Both the position numbers and the translations under genes were made by a program. 64,000 nucleotides of DNA from Ranitomeya imitator (Eukaryota). Location: the NCBI RefSeq assembly GCF_032444005.1, contig NC_091285.1:228346001-228410000 (forward strand). Reading direction: 5' to 3'. The number at the start of each line of letters is the position of its first letter. Within the stretch, counting starts at the first letter, position 1. The notes below the pieces were generated by a model. The model was given only the letters and a program-made list of their open reading frames with translations. It searched no databases and was not told where the DNA came from. Below are positions 31,463-44,116 of this stretch, piece by piece.

Positions 31463-34400
31463 TGTTATGATAAGGTAATTCAGTACCACAATGGACATAG
31501 AAGTCAGAGCACATACAGTGAACTGACAATAACCCAAAAACATAGAACGAGCTCTGAGACGTGGGAACTCTGCTGACCGCAATCCCTAATCCTCTCCAAC
31601 CACACTAGAGGCAGCCGTGGATTGCGCCTAACGCTCCCTATGCAAATCGGCACAGCCTGAGAAACTAGCTAGCCTGAAGATAGAAAATAAGCCTACCTTG
31701 CCTCAGAGAAATACCCCAAAGGAAAAGGCAGCCCCCACATATAATGACTGTGAGTTAAGATGAAAAGACAAACGTAGAGATGAAATAGATTTAGCAAAGT
31801 GAGGCCCGACTTTCTGAACAGAGCGAGGATAGGAAAGGTAACTTTGCGGTCAACACAAAACCCTACAAAAAACCACGCAAAGGGGGGCAAAAAGACCCTC
31901 CGTACCGAACTAACGGCACGGAGGTACACCCTCTGCGTCCCAGAGCTTCCAGCAAGCAAGAAAAACAAATAAGCAAGCTGGACAGAAAAAAACAGCAAAC
32001 AAAATAGCAAAAGCGGAACTTAGCTATGCAGAGCAGCAGGCCACAGGAACGATCCAGGAGGAAACAGGTCCAATACTAGAACATTGACTGGAGGCCAGGA
32101 TCAAAGCACTAGGTGGAGTTAAATAGAGCAGCACCTAACGACTTCACCACATCACCTGAGAAGGAAACTCAGAAGCCGCAGTACCACTTGTGACCACAGG
32201 AGGGAGCTCTGCCACAGAATTCACAACAGTACCCCCCCCTTGAGGAGGGGTCACCGAACCCTCACCAGAGCCCCCAGGATGACCAGGATGAGCCATATGA
32301 AAGGCACGAACAAGATCGGGAGCATGGACATCAGAGGCAAAGACCCAGGAATTATCTTCCTGAGCATAACCCTTCCACTTAACCAGATACTGGAGTTTCC
32401 GTCTTGAAAGACGAGAATCCAAAATCTTCTCCACAATATACTCCAACTCCCCCTCCACCAAAACTGGGGCAGGAGGATCAACAGATGGAACCATAGGTGC
32501 CACGTATCTCCGCAACAATGACCTATGGAATACGTTATGTATGGAAAAAGAATCTGGAAGGGTCAGACGAAAAGACACAGGATTAAGAACCTCAGAAATC
32601 CTATATGGACCAATGAAACGAGGTTTAAACTTAGGAGAGGAAACCTTCATAGGAATATGACGAGAAGTTAACCAAACCAAATCCCCAACACGAAGTCGGG
32701 GACCCACACAGCGTCTGCGATTAGCGAAACGTTGAGCCTTCTCCTGGGACAAGGTCAAATTGTCCACTACATGAGTCCAAATCTGCTGCAACCTGTCCAC
32801 CACAGTATCCACACCAGGACAGTCCGAAGACTCAACCTGTCCTGAAGAGAAACGAGGATGGAACCCAGAGTTGCAGAAAAATGGTGAAACCAAGGTAGCC
32901 GAGCTGGCCCGATTATTAAGGGCGAACTCAGCCAAAGGCAAAAAGGACACCCAGTCATCCTGATCAGCAGAAACAAAGCATCTCAGATATGTTTCCAAGG
33001 TCTGATTGGTTCGTTCGGTCTGGCCATTAGTCTGAGGATGGAAAGCCGAGGAAAAAGACAAGTCAATGCCCATCCTAGCACAAAAAGCTCGCCAAAACCT
33101 CGAAACAAACTGGGAACCTCTGTCAGAAACGATATTCTCTGGAATGCCATGTAAACGAACCACATGCTGGAAGAACAATGACACCAAATCAGAGGAGGAA
33201 GGTAATTTAGACAAGGGTACCAAATGGACCATCTTAGAGAAGCGATCACAGACCACCCAAATGACTGACATCTTTTGAGAGACGGGAAGATCTGAAATAA
33301 AATCCATAGAGATATGTGTCCAAGGCCTCTTCGGGACCGGCAAGGGCAAAAGCAACCCACTGGCACGAGAACAGCAGGGCTTAGCCCGAGCACAAATCCC
33401 ACAGGACTGCACAAAAGAACGCACATCCCGCGACAGAGATGGCCACCAAAAGGATCTAGCCACTAACTCTCTGGTACCAAAGATTCCAGGATGACCAGCC
33501 AACACCGAACAATGAACCTCAGAGATAACTCTACTCGTCCATTTATCAGGGACAAACAGTTTCTCCGCTGGGCAACGATCAGGTTTATTAGCCTGAAATT
33601 TTTGCAGCACCCGCCGCAAATCAGGGGAGATGGCAGACACAATTACTCCCTCTTTGAGAATACCCGCCGGCTCAGATAAACCCGGAGAGTCGGGCACAAA
33701 ACTCCTAGACAGAGCATCCGCCTTCACATTTTTAGAGCCCGGAAGGTACGAAATCACAAAGTCAAAACGGGCAAAAAACAGCGACCAACGAGCCTGTCTA
33801 GGATTCAACCGCTTGGCAGACTCGAGATAAGTCAAGTTCTTATGATCAGTCAAGACCACCACGCGATGCTTAGCTCCTTCAAGCCAATGACGCCACTCCT
33901 CGAATGCCCACTTCATGGCCAGCAACTCTCGATTGCCAACATCATAATTTCGCTCAGCAGGCGAAAACTTCCTGGAAAAGAAGGCGCATGGTTTCATCAC
34001 AAAGCAATCAGAACTTCTCTGCGACAAAACAGCCCCTGTTCCAATCTCAGAAGCATCAACCTCGACCTGGAATGGAAGCGAAACATCTGGTTGACACAAC
34101 ACAGGGGCAGAAGAAAAACGACGCTTCAACTCTTGAAAGGCTTCCACAGCAGCAGAAGACCAATTGACCACATCAGCACCTTTCTTGGTCAAATCGGTCA
34201 ATGGTTTAGCAATACTAGAAAAATTGCAGATGAAGCGACGATAAAAATTCGCAAAGCCCAGGAACTTTTGCAGACTTTTCAGAGATGTTGGCTGAGTCCA
34301 ATCATGGATGGCTTGGACCTTAACAGGGTCCATCTCGATAGTAGAAGGGGAAAAGATGAACCCCAAAAATGAAATCTTCTGAACACCAAAGAGACACTTT

Positions 34401-37190
34401 GATCCCTTCACAAACAAAGAATTAGCACGCAGGACCTGAAACACCGTTCTGACCTGCTTCACATGAGAATCCCAATCATCCGAGAAGATCAAAATGTCAT
34501 CCAAGTACACAATCAGGAATTTATCCAGGTACTCTCGGAAGATGTCATGCATAAAGGACTGAAACACTGATGGAGCATTGGCAAGTCCGAATGGCATTAC
34601 TAGATACTCAAAATGGCCCTCGGGCGTATTAAATGCAGTTTTCCATTCATCGCCTCGCTTAATACGCACAAGATTATACGCACCACGAAGATCTATCTTG
34701 GTGAACCAACTAGCCCCCTTAATCCGAGCAAACAAATCAGATTACAACGGCAAGGGGTACTGAAATTTAACCGTGATCTTATTTAGAAGGTGGTAATCTA
34801 TACAAGGTCTCAGTGAACCGTCCTTCTTGGCCACAAAAAAGAACCCTGCTCCTAATGGCGACGATGACGGGCGAATATGCCCCTTCTCCAAGGACTCCTT
34901 CACATAACTCCGCATAGCGGCGTGTTCAGGCACAGATAAATTAAACAGTCGACCTTTTGGGAATTTACTACCAGGAATCAAATCGATAGCACAATCACAA
35001 TCCCTATGCGGAGGTAGGGTATCGGACTTGGGCTCATCAAATACATCCCGGTAATCAGACAAGAACTCTGGAACCTCAGAAGGGGTGGATGACGAAATTG
35101 ACAGAAATGGGACATCACCATGTACCCCCTGACAACCCCAGCTGGACACAGACATGGATTTCCAATCTAATACTGCATTATGGACTTGTAGCCATGGCAA
35201 CCCCAACACGACCACATCATGCAGATTATGCAACACCAGAAAGCGAATAACCTCCTGATGTGCAGGAGCCATGCACATGGTCAGCTGGGTCCATTACTGA
35301 GGCTTATTCTTGGCCAAAGGCGTAGCATCAATTCCTCTCAATGGAATAGGACACTGCAAGGGCTCCAAGAAAAACCCACAACGCCTAGCATACTCCAAGT
35401 CCATCAAATTCAGGGCAGCGCCTGAATCCACAAATGCAATGACAGAATAAGATGACAAAGAGCAGATCAAGGTAACAAACAAAAGAAATTTTGACTGTAC
35501 TGTACCAATGGTGGCAGACCTAGCGAACCGCTTAGTGCGCTTAGGACAATCAGAGATAGCATGAGTGGAATCACCACAGTAGAAACACAGCCCATTCAGA
35601 CGTCTGTGTTCTTGCCGTTCAACTCTGGTCAAAGTCCTATCGCACTGCATAGGCTCAGGTTTATGCTCAGATAATACCGCCAAATGGTGCACAGATTTAC
35701 GCTCACGCAAGCGTCGACCGATCTGAATGGCCAAAGACATAGACTCATTCAGACCAGCAGGCATAGGAAATCCCACCATGACATCCTTAAGGGCTTCAGA
35801 GAGACCCTTTCTGAAAATAGCTGCGAGCGCACCTTCATTCCATTGGGTGAGTACGGACCACTTTCTAAATTTCTGACAATATACCTCTATCTCATCCTAA
35901 CCCTGACACAGAGCCAGCAAATTTTTCTCTGCCTGATCCACTGAATTAGGTTCATCGTACAGCAATCCGAGCGCCAGGAAAAACGCATCGATATTACTTA
36001 ATGCAGGATCTCCTGACGCAAGAGAAAATGCCCAGTCCTGAGGGTCGCCACGTAAAAAAGAAATAATGATCCTAACTTGTTGAACTGGGTCACCAGAGGA
36101 GCGAGGTTTCAAAGCCAGAAATAGTTTACAATTATTTTTGAAACTCAGAAATTTAGTTCTATCTCCAAAAAACAAATCAGGAATAGGAATTCTTGGTTCT
36201 AGCATAGAATTCTGAACCACAAAGTCTTGAATATTTTGTACTCTTGCCGTGAGCTGATCCACACATGAAGACAGAACTTTAATGTCCATCGCTACACCTG
36301 TGTCCTGAACCACCCAAATGTCTAGGGGAAAAAAAAGGCAAAACACAGTGCAGAGAAAAAAAAATGGTCTCGGAACTTCTTTTTTCCCTCTATTGAGAAT
36401 CATTAGTACTTTGGGACTCCAGTACTGTTATGATAAGGTAATTCAGTACCACAATGGACATAGAAGTCAGAGCACATACAGTGAACTGACAATAACCCAA
36501 AAACATAGAACGAGCTCTGAGACGTGGGAACTCTGCTGACCGCAATCCCTAATCCTCTCCAACCACACTAGAGGCAGCCGTGGATTGCGCCTAACGCTCC
36601 CTATGCAACTCGGCACAGCCTGAGAAACTAGCTAGCCTGAAGATAGAAAATAAGCCTACCTTGCCTCAGAGAAATACCCCAAAGGAAAAGGCAGCCCCCA
36701 CATATAATGACTGTGAGTTAAGATGAAAAGACAAACATAGAGATGAAATAGATTTAGCAAAGTGAGGCCCGACTTTCTGAACAGAGCGAGGATAGGAAAG
36801 GTAACTTTGCGGTCAACACAAAACCCTACAAAAAACCACGCATAGGGGCAAAAAGACCCTCCGTACCGAACTAACGGCACGGAGGTACACCCTCTGCGTC
36901 CCAGAGCTTCCAGCAAGCAAGAAAAACAAATAAGCAAGCTGGACAGAAAAAAACAGCAAACAAAATAGCAAAAGCGGAACTTAGCTATGCAGAGCAGCAG
37001 GCCACAGGAACGATCCAGGAGGAAACAGGTCCAATACTAGAACATTGACTGGAGGCCAGGATCAAAGCACTAGGTGGAGTTAAATAGAGCAGCACCTAAC
37101 GACTTCACCACATCACCTGAGGAAGGAAACTCAGAAGCTGCAGTACCACTTGTGACCACAGGAGGGAGCTCTGCCACAGAATTCACAACA
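31463..37190 (-). mobile_element. Full-length chromoviral Ty3/Gypsy LTR retrotransposon, copy B
   Basis: LTRs 36426-37190 and 31463-32228 (about 4 substitutions and 2 indels), 6-bp TSD CTCTAC, and PPT next to 32228. Confidence 0.97.
32144..36403 (-). pseudogene. Gypsy B single-frame gag-pol (1420 codons) with three point nonsense codons
   Basis: All ORF pieces share one frame; stops at 35897, 35294 and 34742. Contains CCHC knuckle, DSGA, YLDD, integrase, GPY/F and chromodomain (YLVKWKGY...NSW). Confidence 0.92.
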
Positions 37191-38796
37191 CTCTACATTA
37201 TAAACTTCTGTGAAGCACTTGGTGGGTCAAAGTGCTCACCACACATATAGATAAGTTCCTTAGGGGGTCTAATTTCCAAAATGGTGTCACTTTTGGGGGG
37301 TTTCAATGTTTAGGCACATCAGGGGCTCTCCAAACACGACATGGCGTTCCATCTCAATTCCAGTCAATTTTGCATTGAAAAGTCAAATGGTGCTCCTTCC
37401 CTTCCGAGCTCTGCCATGCGCCCAAACAGCAGTTTACCCCCACATGTGGGGTATCAGCGTACTCAGGACAAATTTTACAACAACTTTTGGGGTCCAATGT
37501 CTCCTGTTACCCTTGCTAAAATAAAACAAATTGGAGCTGAAGTAAAAATTTTTTTTTAAAAAAAGTTAAATGTTCATTTCTTTTTAAACATTCCAAAAAT
37601 TCCTGTAAAACACCTGAAGGGTTAATAAACTTGTTGAATGTGGTTTTGAGCACCTTGAGATGTGCAGTTTTTAGAATGGTGTCATACTTGGGTATTTTCT
37701 ATCACATAGACCCCTCAAAGTGACTTCAAATGTGATGTGGTCCCTAAAAATAATGGTGTTGTAAAAATGAGAAATTGCTGGTCAGTTTTTAACCCTTATA
37801 ACTCCCTAACAAAACAAATTTTGGGTTCCAAAATTGTGCTGATGTAAAGTAGACATGTGGGAAATGTTAGTTATTAAGTATTTTGTGTGACATAGCTCTG
37901 TGATTTAAGGACATAAAAATTCAAATTTGGAAAATTGCTAAATTTTCAAAGTTTTTGCCAAATTTCCATTTTCACACAAATAAACGCAGGTAATATCAAA
38001 GAAATTTTACCACTATCATGAAGTACAATATGTCATGAGAAAATAATGTCCAAATCATCAGAATCCGTTGAAGTGTTCCAGAGTTATAACCTCATAAAGA
38101 GACAGTGGTCAGAAGTGTAAAAATTGGCTGGGTCATTAACGTGCAAACCACCTTTGGGGTTAAAGGGGTAAAGTGAAGTAAAAGTTTTGGAAGGTTTTAG
38201 GTACGCAATAGTATGTTGTAGCCATCCCCCCTTAGACTTCATCGCGGTCAATAGTATTAATGGCCACACAATATTAGCTGCTATGGTACTTCACTTGGGG
38301 CTCCTCAAAGGTGTTTTTTGGCTTTCTTACTGACTTTGCTGCTGCAACAAATAACACTGAAGTTGCATCTGTAGACAATTAGCACCCTATGCTAGAGACC
38401 TTTGTGTGCACCTGACCAAAGCAACATGTACATCAATGCCGGTATTTTAACTCTTCAAATACTATGGTATTTAGAAAAGAAGCACATCTAGGATATAAAA
38501 AAAACCCTTGTCTTTGTCTTCCTCTTCATCTTTATACAGTTTTATATCATTACTTTATTAACATTACACCGTTGTTCCAAAGATGTCTATTGTTGAACTT
38601 GCACTTGTAAAGACATTTCTTAGATGAAAGTTTAACTGGTCATAGTTGTGCACTTAAATGTATTATTTCTTCAAAATTTTGACTTTATTTCTGAAGATCT
38701 GAACTTTATTCTCCTTTTCCTATGCCTTCTGCTCCGGCAACTGTAGATGTCATTGTGTATCCTAAAAAGAGGGAAAGTCATAACAAACAGCACATA

Positions 38797-40402
38797 CAGT
38801 GGGGCAAAAAAGTATTTAGTCAGTCAGCAATAGTGCAAGTTCCACCACTTAAAAAGATGAGAGGCGTCTGTAATTTACATCATAGGTAGACCTCAACTAT
38901 GGGAGACAAACTGAGAAAAAAAAATCCAGAAAATCACATTGTCTGTTTTTTTAACATTTTATTTCCATATTATGGTGGAAAATAAGTATTTGGTCAGAAA
39001 CAAACAATCAAGATTTCTGGCTCTCACAGACCTGTAACTTCTTCTTTAAGAGTTTCCTCTTTCCTCCACTCATTACCTGTAGTAATGGCACCTGTTTAAA
39101 CTTGTTATCAGTATAAAAAGACACCTGTGCACACCCTCAAACAGTCTGACTCCAAACTCCTCTATGGTGAAGACCAAAGAGCTGTCAAAGGACACCAGAA
39201 ACAAAATTGTAGCCCTGCACCAGGCTGGGAAGACTGAATCTGCAATAGCCAACCAGCTTGGAGTGAAGAAATCAACAGTGGGAGCAATAATTAGAGAATG
39301 GAAGACATACAAGACCACTGATAATCTCCCTCGATCTGGGGCTCCACGCAAAATCCCACCCCGTGGGGTCAGAATGATCACAAGAACGGTGAGCAAAAAT
39401 CCCAGAACCACGCGGGGGGACCTAGTGAATGAACTGCAGAGAGCTGGGACCAATGTAACAAGGCCTACCATAAGTAACACACTACGCCACCATGGACTCA
39501 GATCCTGCAGTGCCAGACGTGTCCCACTGCTTAAGCCAGTACATGTCCAGGCCCGTCTGAAGTTTGCTAGAGAGCATTTGGATGATCCAGAAGAGTTTTG
39601 GGAGAATGTCCTATGGTCTGATGAAACCAAACTGGAACTGTTTGGTAGAAACACAACTTGTCGTGTTTGGAGGAAAAAGAATACTGAGTTGCATCCATCA
39701 AACACCATACCTACTGTAAAGCATGGTGGTGGAAACATCATGCTTTGGGGCTGTTTCTCTGCAAAGGGGCCAGGACGACTGATCCGGGTACATGAAAGAA
39801 TGAATGGGGCCATGTATCGTGAGATTTTGAGTGCAAACCTCCTTCCATCAGCAAGGGCATTGAAGATGAAACGTGGCTGGGTCTTTCAACATGACAATGA
39901 TCCAAAGCACACCACCAGGGCAACGAAGGAGTGGCTTCGTAAGAAGCATTTCAAGGTCCTGGAGTGGCCTAGCCAGTCTCCAGATCTCAACCCTATAGAA
40001 AACCTTTGGAGGGAGTTGAAAGTCCGTGTTGCCAAGCGAAAAGCCAAAAACATCACTGCTCTAGAGGAGATCTGCATGGAGGAATGGGCCAACATACCAA
40101 CAACAGTGTGTGGCAACCTTGTGAAGCCTTACAGAAAACGTTTGACCTCTGTCATTGCCAACAAAGGATATATTACAAAGTATTGAGATGAAATTTTGTT
40201 TCTGACCAAATACTTATTTTCCACCATCATATGCAAATAAAATGTTAAAAAAACAGACAATGTGATTTTCTGGATTTTTTTTCCCCAGTTTGTCTCCCAT
40301 AGTTGAGGTCTACCTATGATGTAAATTACAGACGCCTCTCATCTTTTTAAGTGGTGGAACTTGCACTATTGCTGACTGACTAAATACTTTTTTGCCCCAC
40401 TG
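38797..40402 (+). mobile_element. Tc1 transposon with long TIRs, intact copy
   Basis: CAGTGGGGCAAAAAAGTATT termini, TA TSD, TIRs of ~200 bp. Confidence 0.96.
39164..40186 (+). CDS. Tc1 DD34E transposase, 340 aa, uninterrupted
   Basis: HTH region with GAPRK linker; WSDETK, HDNDPKH and SPDLNPIE motifs, with 34 residues between the second D and the E. Confidence 0.93.
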   Translation: MVKTKELSKDTRNKIVALHQAGKTESAIANQLGVKKSTVGAIIREWKTYKTTDNLPRSGAPRKIPPRGVRMITRTVSKNPRTTRGDLVNELQRAGTNVTRPTISNTLRHHGLRSCSARRVPLLKPVHVQARLKFAREHLDDPEEFWENVLWSDETKLELFGRNTTCRVWRKKNTELHPSNTIPTVKHGGGNIMLWGCFSAKGPGRLIRVHERMNGAMYREILSANLLPSARALKMKRGWVFQHDNDPKHTTRATKEWLRKKHFKVLEWPSQSPDLNPIENLWRELKVRVAKRKAKNITALEEICMEEWANIPTTVCGNLVKPYRKRLTSVIANKGYITKY

Positions 40403-42933
40403 TAGATATGGAAAATACACAACAGGCAACAACAATAGTCTTAAATATAATTTGTTTCACAGTGATATTAGATCTATGCTATAATAACATATTAGGCATT
40501 ACTTAGGATTTGGATAAATACTTTATTTCGCAATCAATTATTAGCCCAGACCTAAGAGATAATTTAGGGTGAGCTCAGAAGACTCTCATGCCCTGCGTAT
40601 GGACCACTCCCTGGGACCAGCGTGATGCAGGCAGCTTGCTACAGCTTGTATGAGGTGGATTTGTATCAGACACCATAGTCTCCTCCCATTCATTCCTCCT
40701 CTTAACCCAGCTCTGATGGAACATGTGCAGATCCGTCATCATCACCCAGTGTATACACAGCAGGCGTGCTCTCTGATCACATCACCCATCAGCCTCATCT
40801 TCTTTCCTTAGGGAGGTAAGGTGTATCATTTTCTAACCAATATTTTATTGATGTGGAGGGGAGGTGAAAGGATTTTATGTGCGGTGGTGATGCTGCGTGC
40901 TGATCCTTACAAAGCACTGGAGGCCTTTCTGATGCTGATGGGATTTTATTCCTAAACAGACTCGACCATGGGATGGAGAGTGTGTGTCCGCCACATGTCT
41001 GCAGCTAGTGCTCCCGCCAGTGTGCTTGTGGTTGGAAATCAGGTGGCATTCTTCTTCTTACTGCCATGTAGGTGTCCATACATCATAGGAAGATGATCAA
41101 CCGCCTAGCAGGACGCGGCTTTATTACATTATGTAGCTAAGGAGAGCCGGCACCTATTTTATAGGACTAGAGATATGGATGTTATATTATGGAATTGTAA
41201 AAAATAAAAGAATAGACTACCTAGTTAGAGATGTTGTCTAGGTCAAACAATTGCTACTTCTTATTTCATTTCAGAGTAGATATACGGTATTGACCGGATG
41301 AAGAAGCCCTTTACGTCTGCGCAATGTGAATGATTCATTTTCTACTGATATCAGCCCCAGGCGCCTGTGAAGGTCAAAAGGTAGAATTGTGGTTAAATCT
41401 TGATGTCATTACCCTTTTTGATGGCCCTAGTAAATCTCATTAGGACGATGCAGGTTCCTAATCATATAAGCTGACAGGGAGGATAAAGGGATGAAGGTTG
41501 GTGCTACTACTGCTATAGCGTCTCTGATATCCATCGCTCAGCTGCAGGAACAAAAGACCTGGAATAAATAGTCGCAGGAAATATTATCGATCAATGTGTC
41601 CGACAAGTTAGAATATTTGGAAAACTCGGTACGGCCCATGCTCTGTGGTAGTGTATTGCCTTTCAAGGGCAGCCTCCATTGCCCCCCTTCCTCCATGTAA
41701 ACTGTGGTAGAGTAAACCCTGCCCTGCTGCTGCTGCTGCATGAAGCTGTGTGGATTGCCTTGCTTGCAGAGAAGTGTCCTCCTCCTCCCATTCCTCTTAA
41801 TTCTATTCTCCTCAATGACAAGGATAGGCCCTTTTTCATCTGAGTGGAACGCCCCTGTTCATTGTATTCTTGTCATCTTTTAAACATGAACTCTCCAGCA
41901 GCACTCCAGCATGGGAACAGTTGCTTTCAAAAGAGAACATATAGCAATATGTCCAAGAACGTTCAACCTTTTATATGTTAAAAATTATGCACTTTTTGGC
42001 TGTTCCAGGCATCACGAATACATCTATACACAAACTTACATGTGAAACTGAGCAAATCTACTTTAAAACTATAAGAACTGGTCAGACATTTGCTTTTGCT
42101 GTATAACTTTCACCTCACAGATGTTTGGTTCCTCTGGTTTTGGTGATTTGGTGGTTTTACCAAAGTAAATAAGTATGTTTTACTGAACTAAATGGGTTTC
42201 ACACATGGTATTTAGGCTAATCTACACTATATATAGAATATATGTTTATATATATCTCATACATGTTGGCCAAGTGGTTAGAGAAGAAATGCTGTAGTTG
42301 ATTTAAACTGGGTGATCTACTTCCATCTGGATTGTGCTGTCAACATCTTAGCTTTTACTTTAGCATTGGTACAAAACCTCCATCCTGAGGGGTCACATAT
42401 GACTATTAAGGCCCTTCTTTGCAGCCCCAACCATATACATATATTTTTCATGTCAGAGAGAAGAAGAGGAACAGCATGTAGTGTAGGAGCAGAGATGGGT
42501 TAACTTAATAGCAATTTCTTTTACCCCATACATTGGTAGATTGGGAGTCTTCTGACCTAGGTGGCACTCTAGAAGAGGCGTGATGAGTTGGTAAGGCCAC
42601 ACTTGTGATTAGTAGGCCAAGTGCAACATTATTCGGTGATGATGTGCTAGACCATCTAACTAATAATTAAGAGAAGGTTTTCCACTAGTCCAGTGGGCAC
42701 AGATCATTGACCTATTGAAGTAATTTTAGCAACTCATATAAGCTAGGAACCATATCAGATATGATTTGATGTATATGTTTCATAAATGTCTTAGATTTTA
42801 ATTCTGGTCCCTGGGATTGGTTCAATCTGATGATGTAGGCATTAAAAGAGAAAATGTTGTACACCCCTGTTCTATAGTATATATCAATTGAACAATTGAT
42901 TGACTTAGTTTCCTTAACAATGATTGAACCTAG

Positions 42934-43115
42934 TAATAATAATAATAATAATAATAATTTTATTTCTATAGCGCCAATATGTTGTGCAGCACTTCACATT
43001 TTAGAGGGGACTTGTACAGACAATAAAAGACATTACAGCATAACAATAATCACATAAATCCACAGATACCAAGAGGAATGAGGGTTCTGCTCACAAGCTT
43101 ACAAACTATGAGAAA
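42934..43115 (-). mobile_element. 3' tail of an L2-type LINE or SINE with an (AAT)n end
   Basis: (TAA)n followed by TTATTTCTATAGCGCCAATATGTTGTGCAGCAC. A related relic lies at ~56450-56600. Confidence 0.55.
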
Positions 43116-44080
43116 AAGGGGAGACACGAAAACCTAGTGTATGTTTGTGTATGTTTCTACTGCTATTAAAGCTCATTGATTTCTTTAGTGAGTGCATTAT
43201 CAGTGAAAAAAATCTATTTGCTTGATGATGCAATAGAGCCATTGTGTTGCAAACCTTCAGAGTTCTAATGGCTCTTATTGAAGAGACACTTTCATGAATG
43301 CAGACTTATTTATAAACAATGTGAATTGCGAAAAGATGTAAATTTACTGGCTTCCAGAAAAAAGGCTGTCTTATATCAGCCACACCAGATGTCCATCCAA
43401 AAGGAAGAGAGAACATTCTACAGGGCACTGGTTGGCTGGATGAGATGTCTTAGACAAAGTTGATTGAGAGTACTGCCACTTAATAACAATACATATACCA
43501 AGAGTATATTAAAGAGGGTCTCCACTACTGTTTGATTGATAACCTATTCCTAGGATAGGTCATTAATGTCTGATCGGCAAGGGTCCAACACACCGGCGGC
43601 CGCCAGTCGGAACTACTCATTTGCAATTCAGCTCCATCTTCTGATAGTGGCCGTGGCAGGGTACAGCACATCCACCTCCTATTGATTTGAATAGGATGCA
43701 AATGTGTAGTATCCTGCCGCAGACACTAAGAACAGCTAATTGGCAAGGTTGCCGGGTGTCCATCTCGGACCGAGCAGACATTGATTGATTGATTGATAAC
43801 CTATACTATGGATAGGTCATCAATTAAAAAGTTCATATATATCCACAAAAAAACAAAAGATAGTCAGCTCTCCTGACTATCGGCTATTCCACACCTGTTC
43901 CTGCACGGAAAAGTTGAGCACTCAGTCCACAGAAAAATCGATGAATCCAGCAGGAATGTAGTAAAATCACTAAATTTATTTCTTCATTTTTTTAAAAAAA
44001 AGGAAAGGGTTGTATCCTATGGTACACCACTTGTAAATAAGTCTAATTTCTTACAGCATTATGCACACATGGCAGCGTTC

Positions 44081-44116
44081 TTCCGACGCGTTTCGACTAA
44101 CGTCTTAACCATGATA
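44081..44116 (-). ncRNA. Heavily decayed hammerhead motif
   Basis: Minus strand reads ...GAC/gtta/GTC-GAAA-CGCG-TC-GGAA with a perfect 3' half; the 5' core ATCATGGTTAA differs from TTCCTGATGAA at 4 positions. AATAAA lies ~100 nt downstream. Confidence 0.4.

Larger units (their letters stand above)
28020..37560 (+). repeat. Six ~390-bp tandem units inside the piggyBac-like element
   Basis: GGGGCTCT landmark at about 28052, 28426, 28843, 29227, 31199 and 37322; spacing is ~375-415 bp once the Tc1 and Gypsy inserts are subtracted. Confidence 0.8.
26308..38168 (+). mobile_element. Large non-autonomous piggyBac-like element (~4.5 kb without its nested Tc1 and Gypsy)
   Basis: Starts TTAA-CCCCTTT and ends AAAGGGG; the right-hand TTAA is degenerate, so the end is +/-5 nt. 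The 3' part matches 1-621. No coding capacity seen. Confidence 0.6.
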
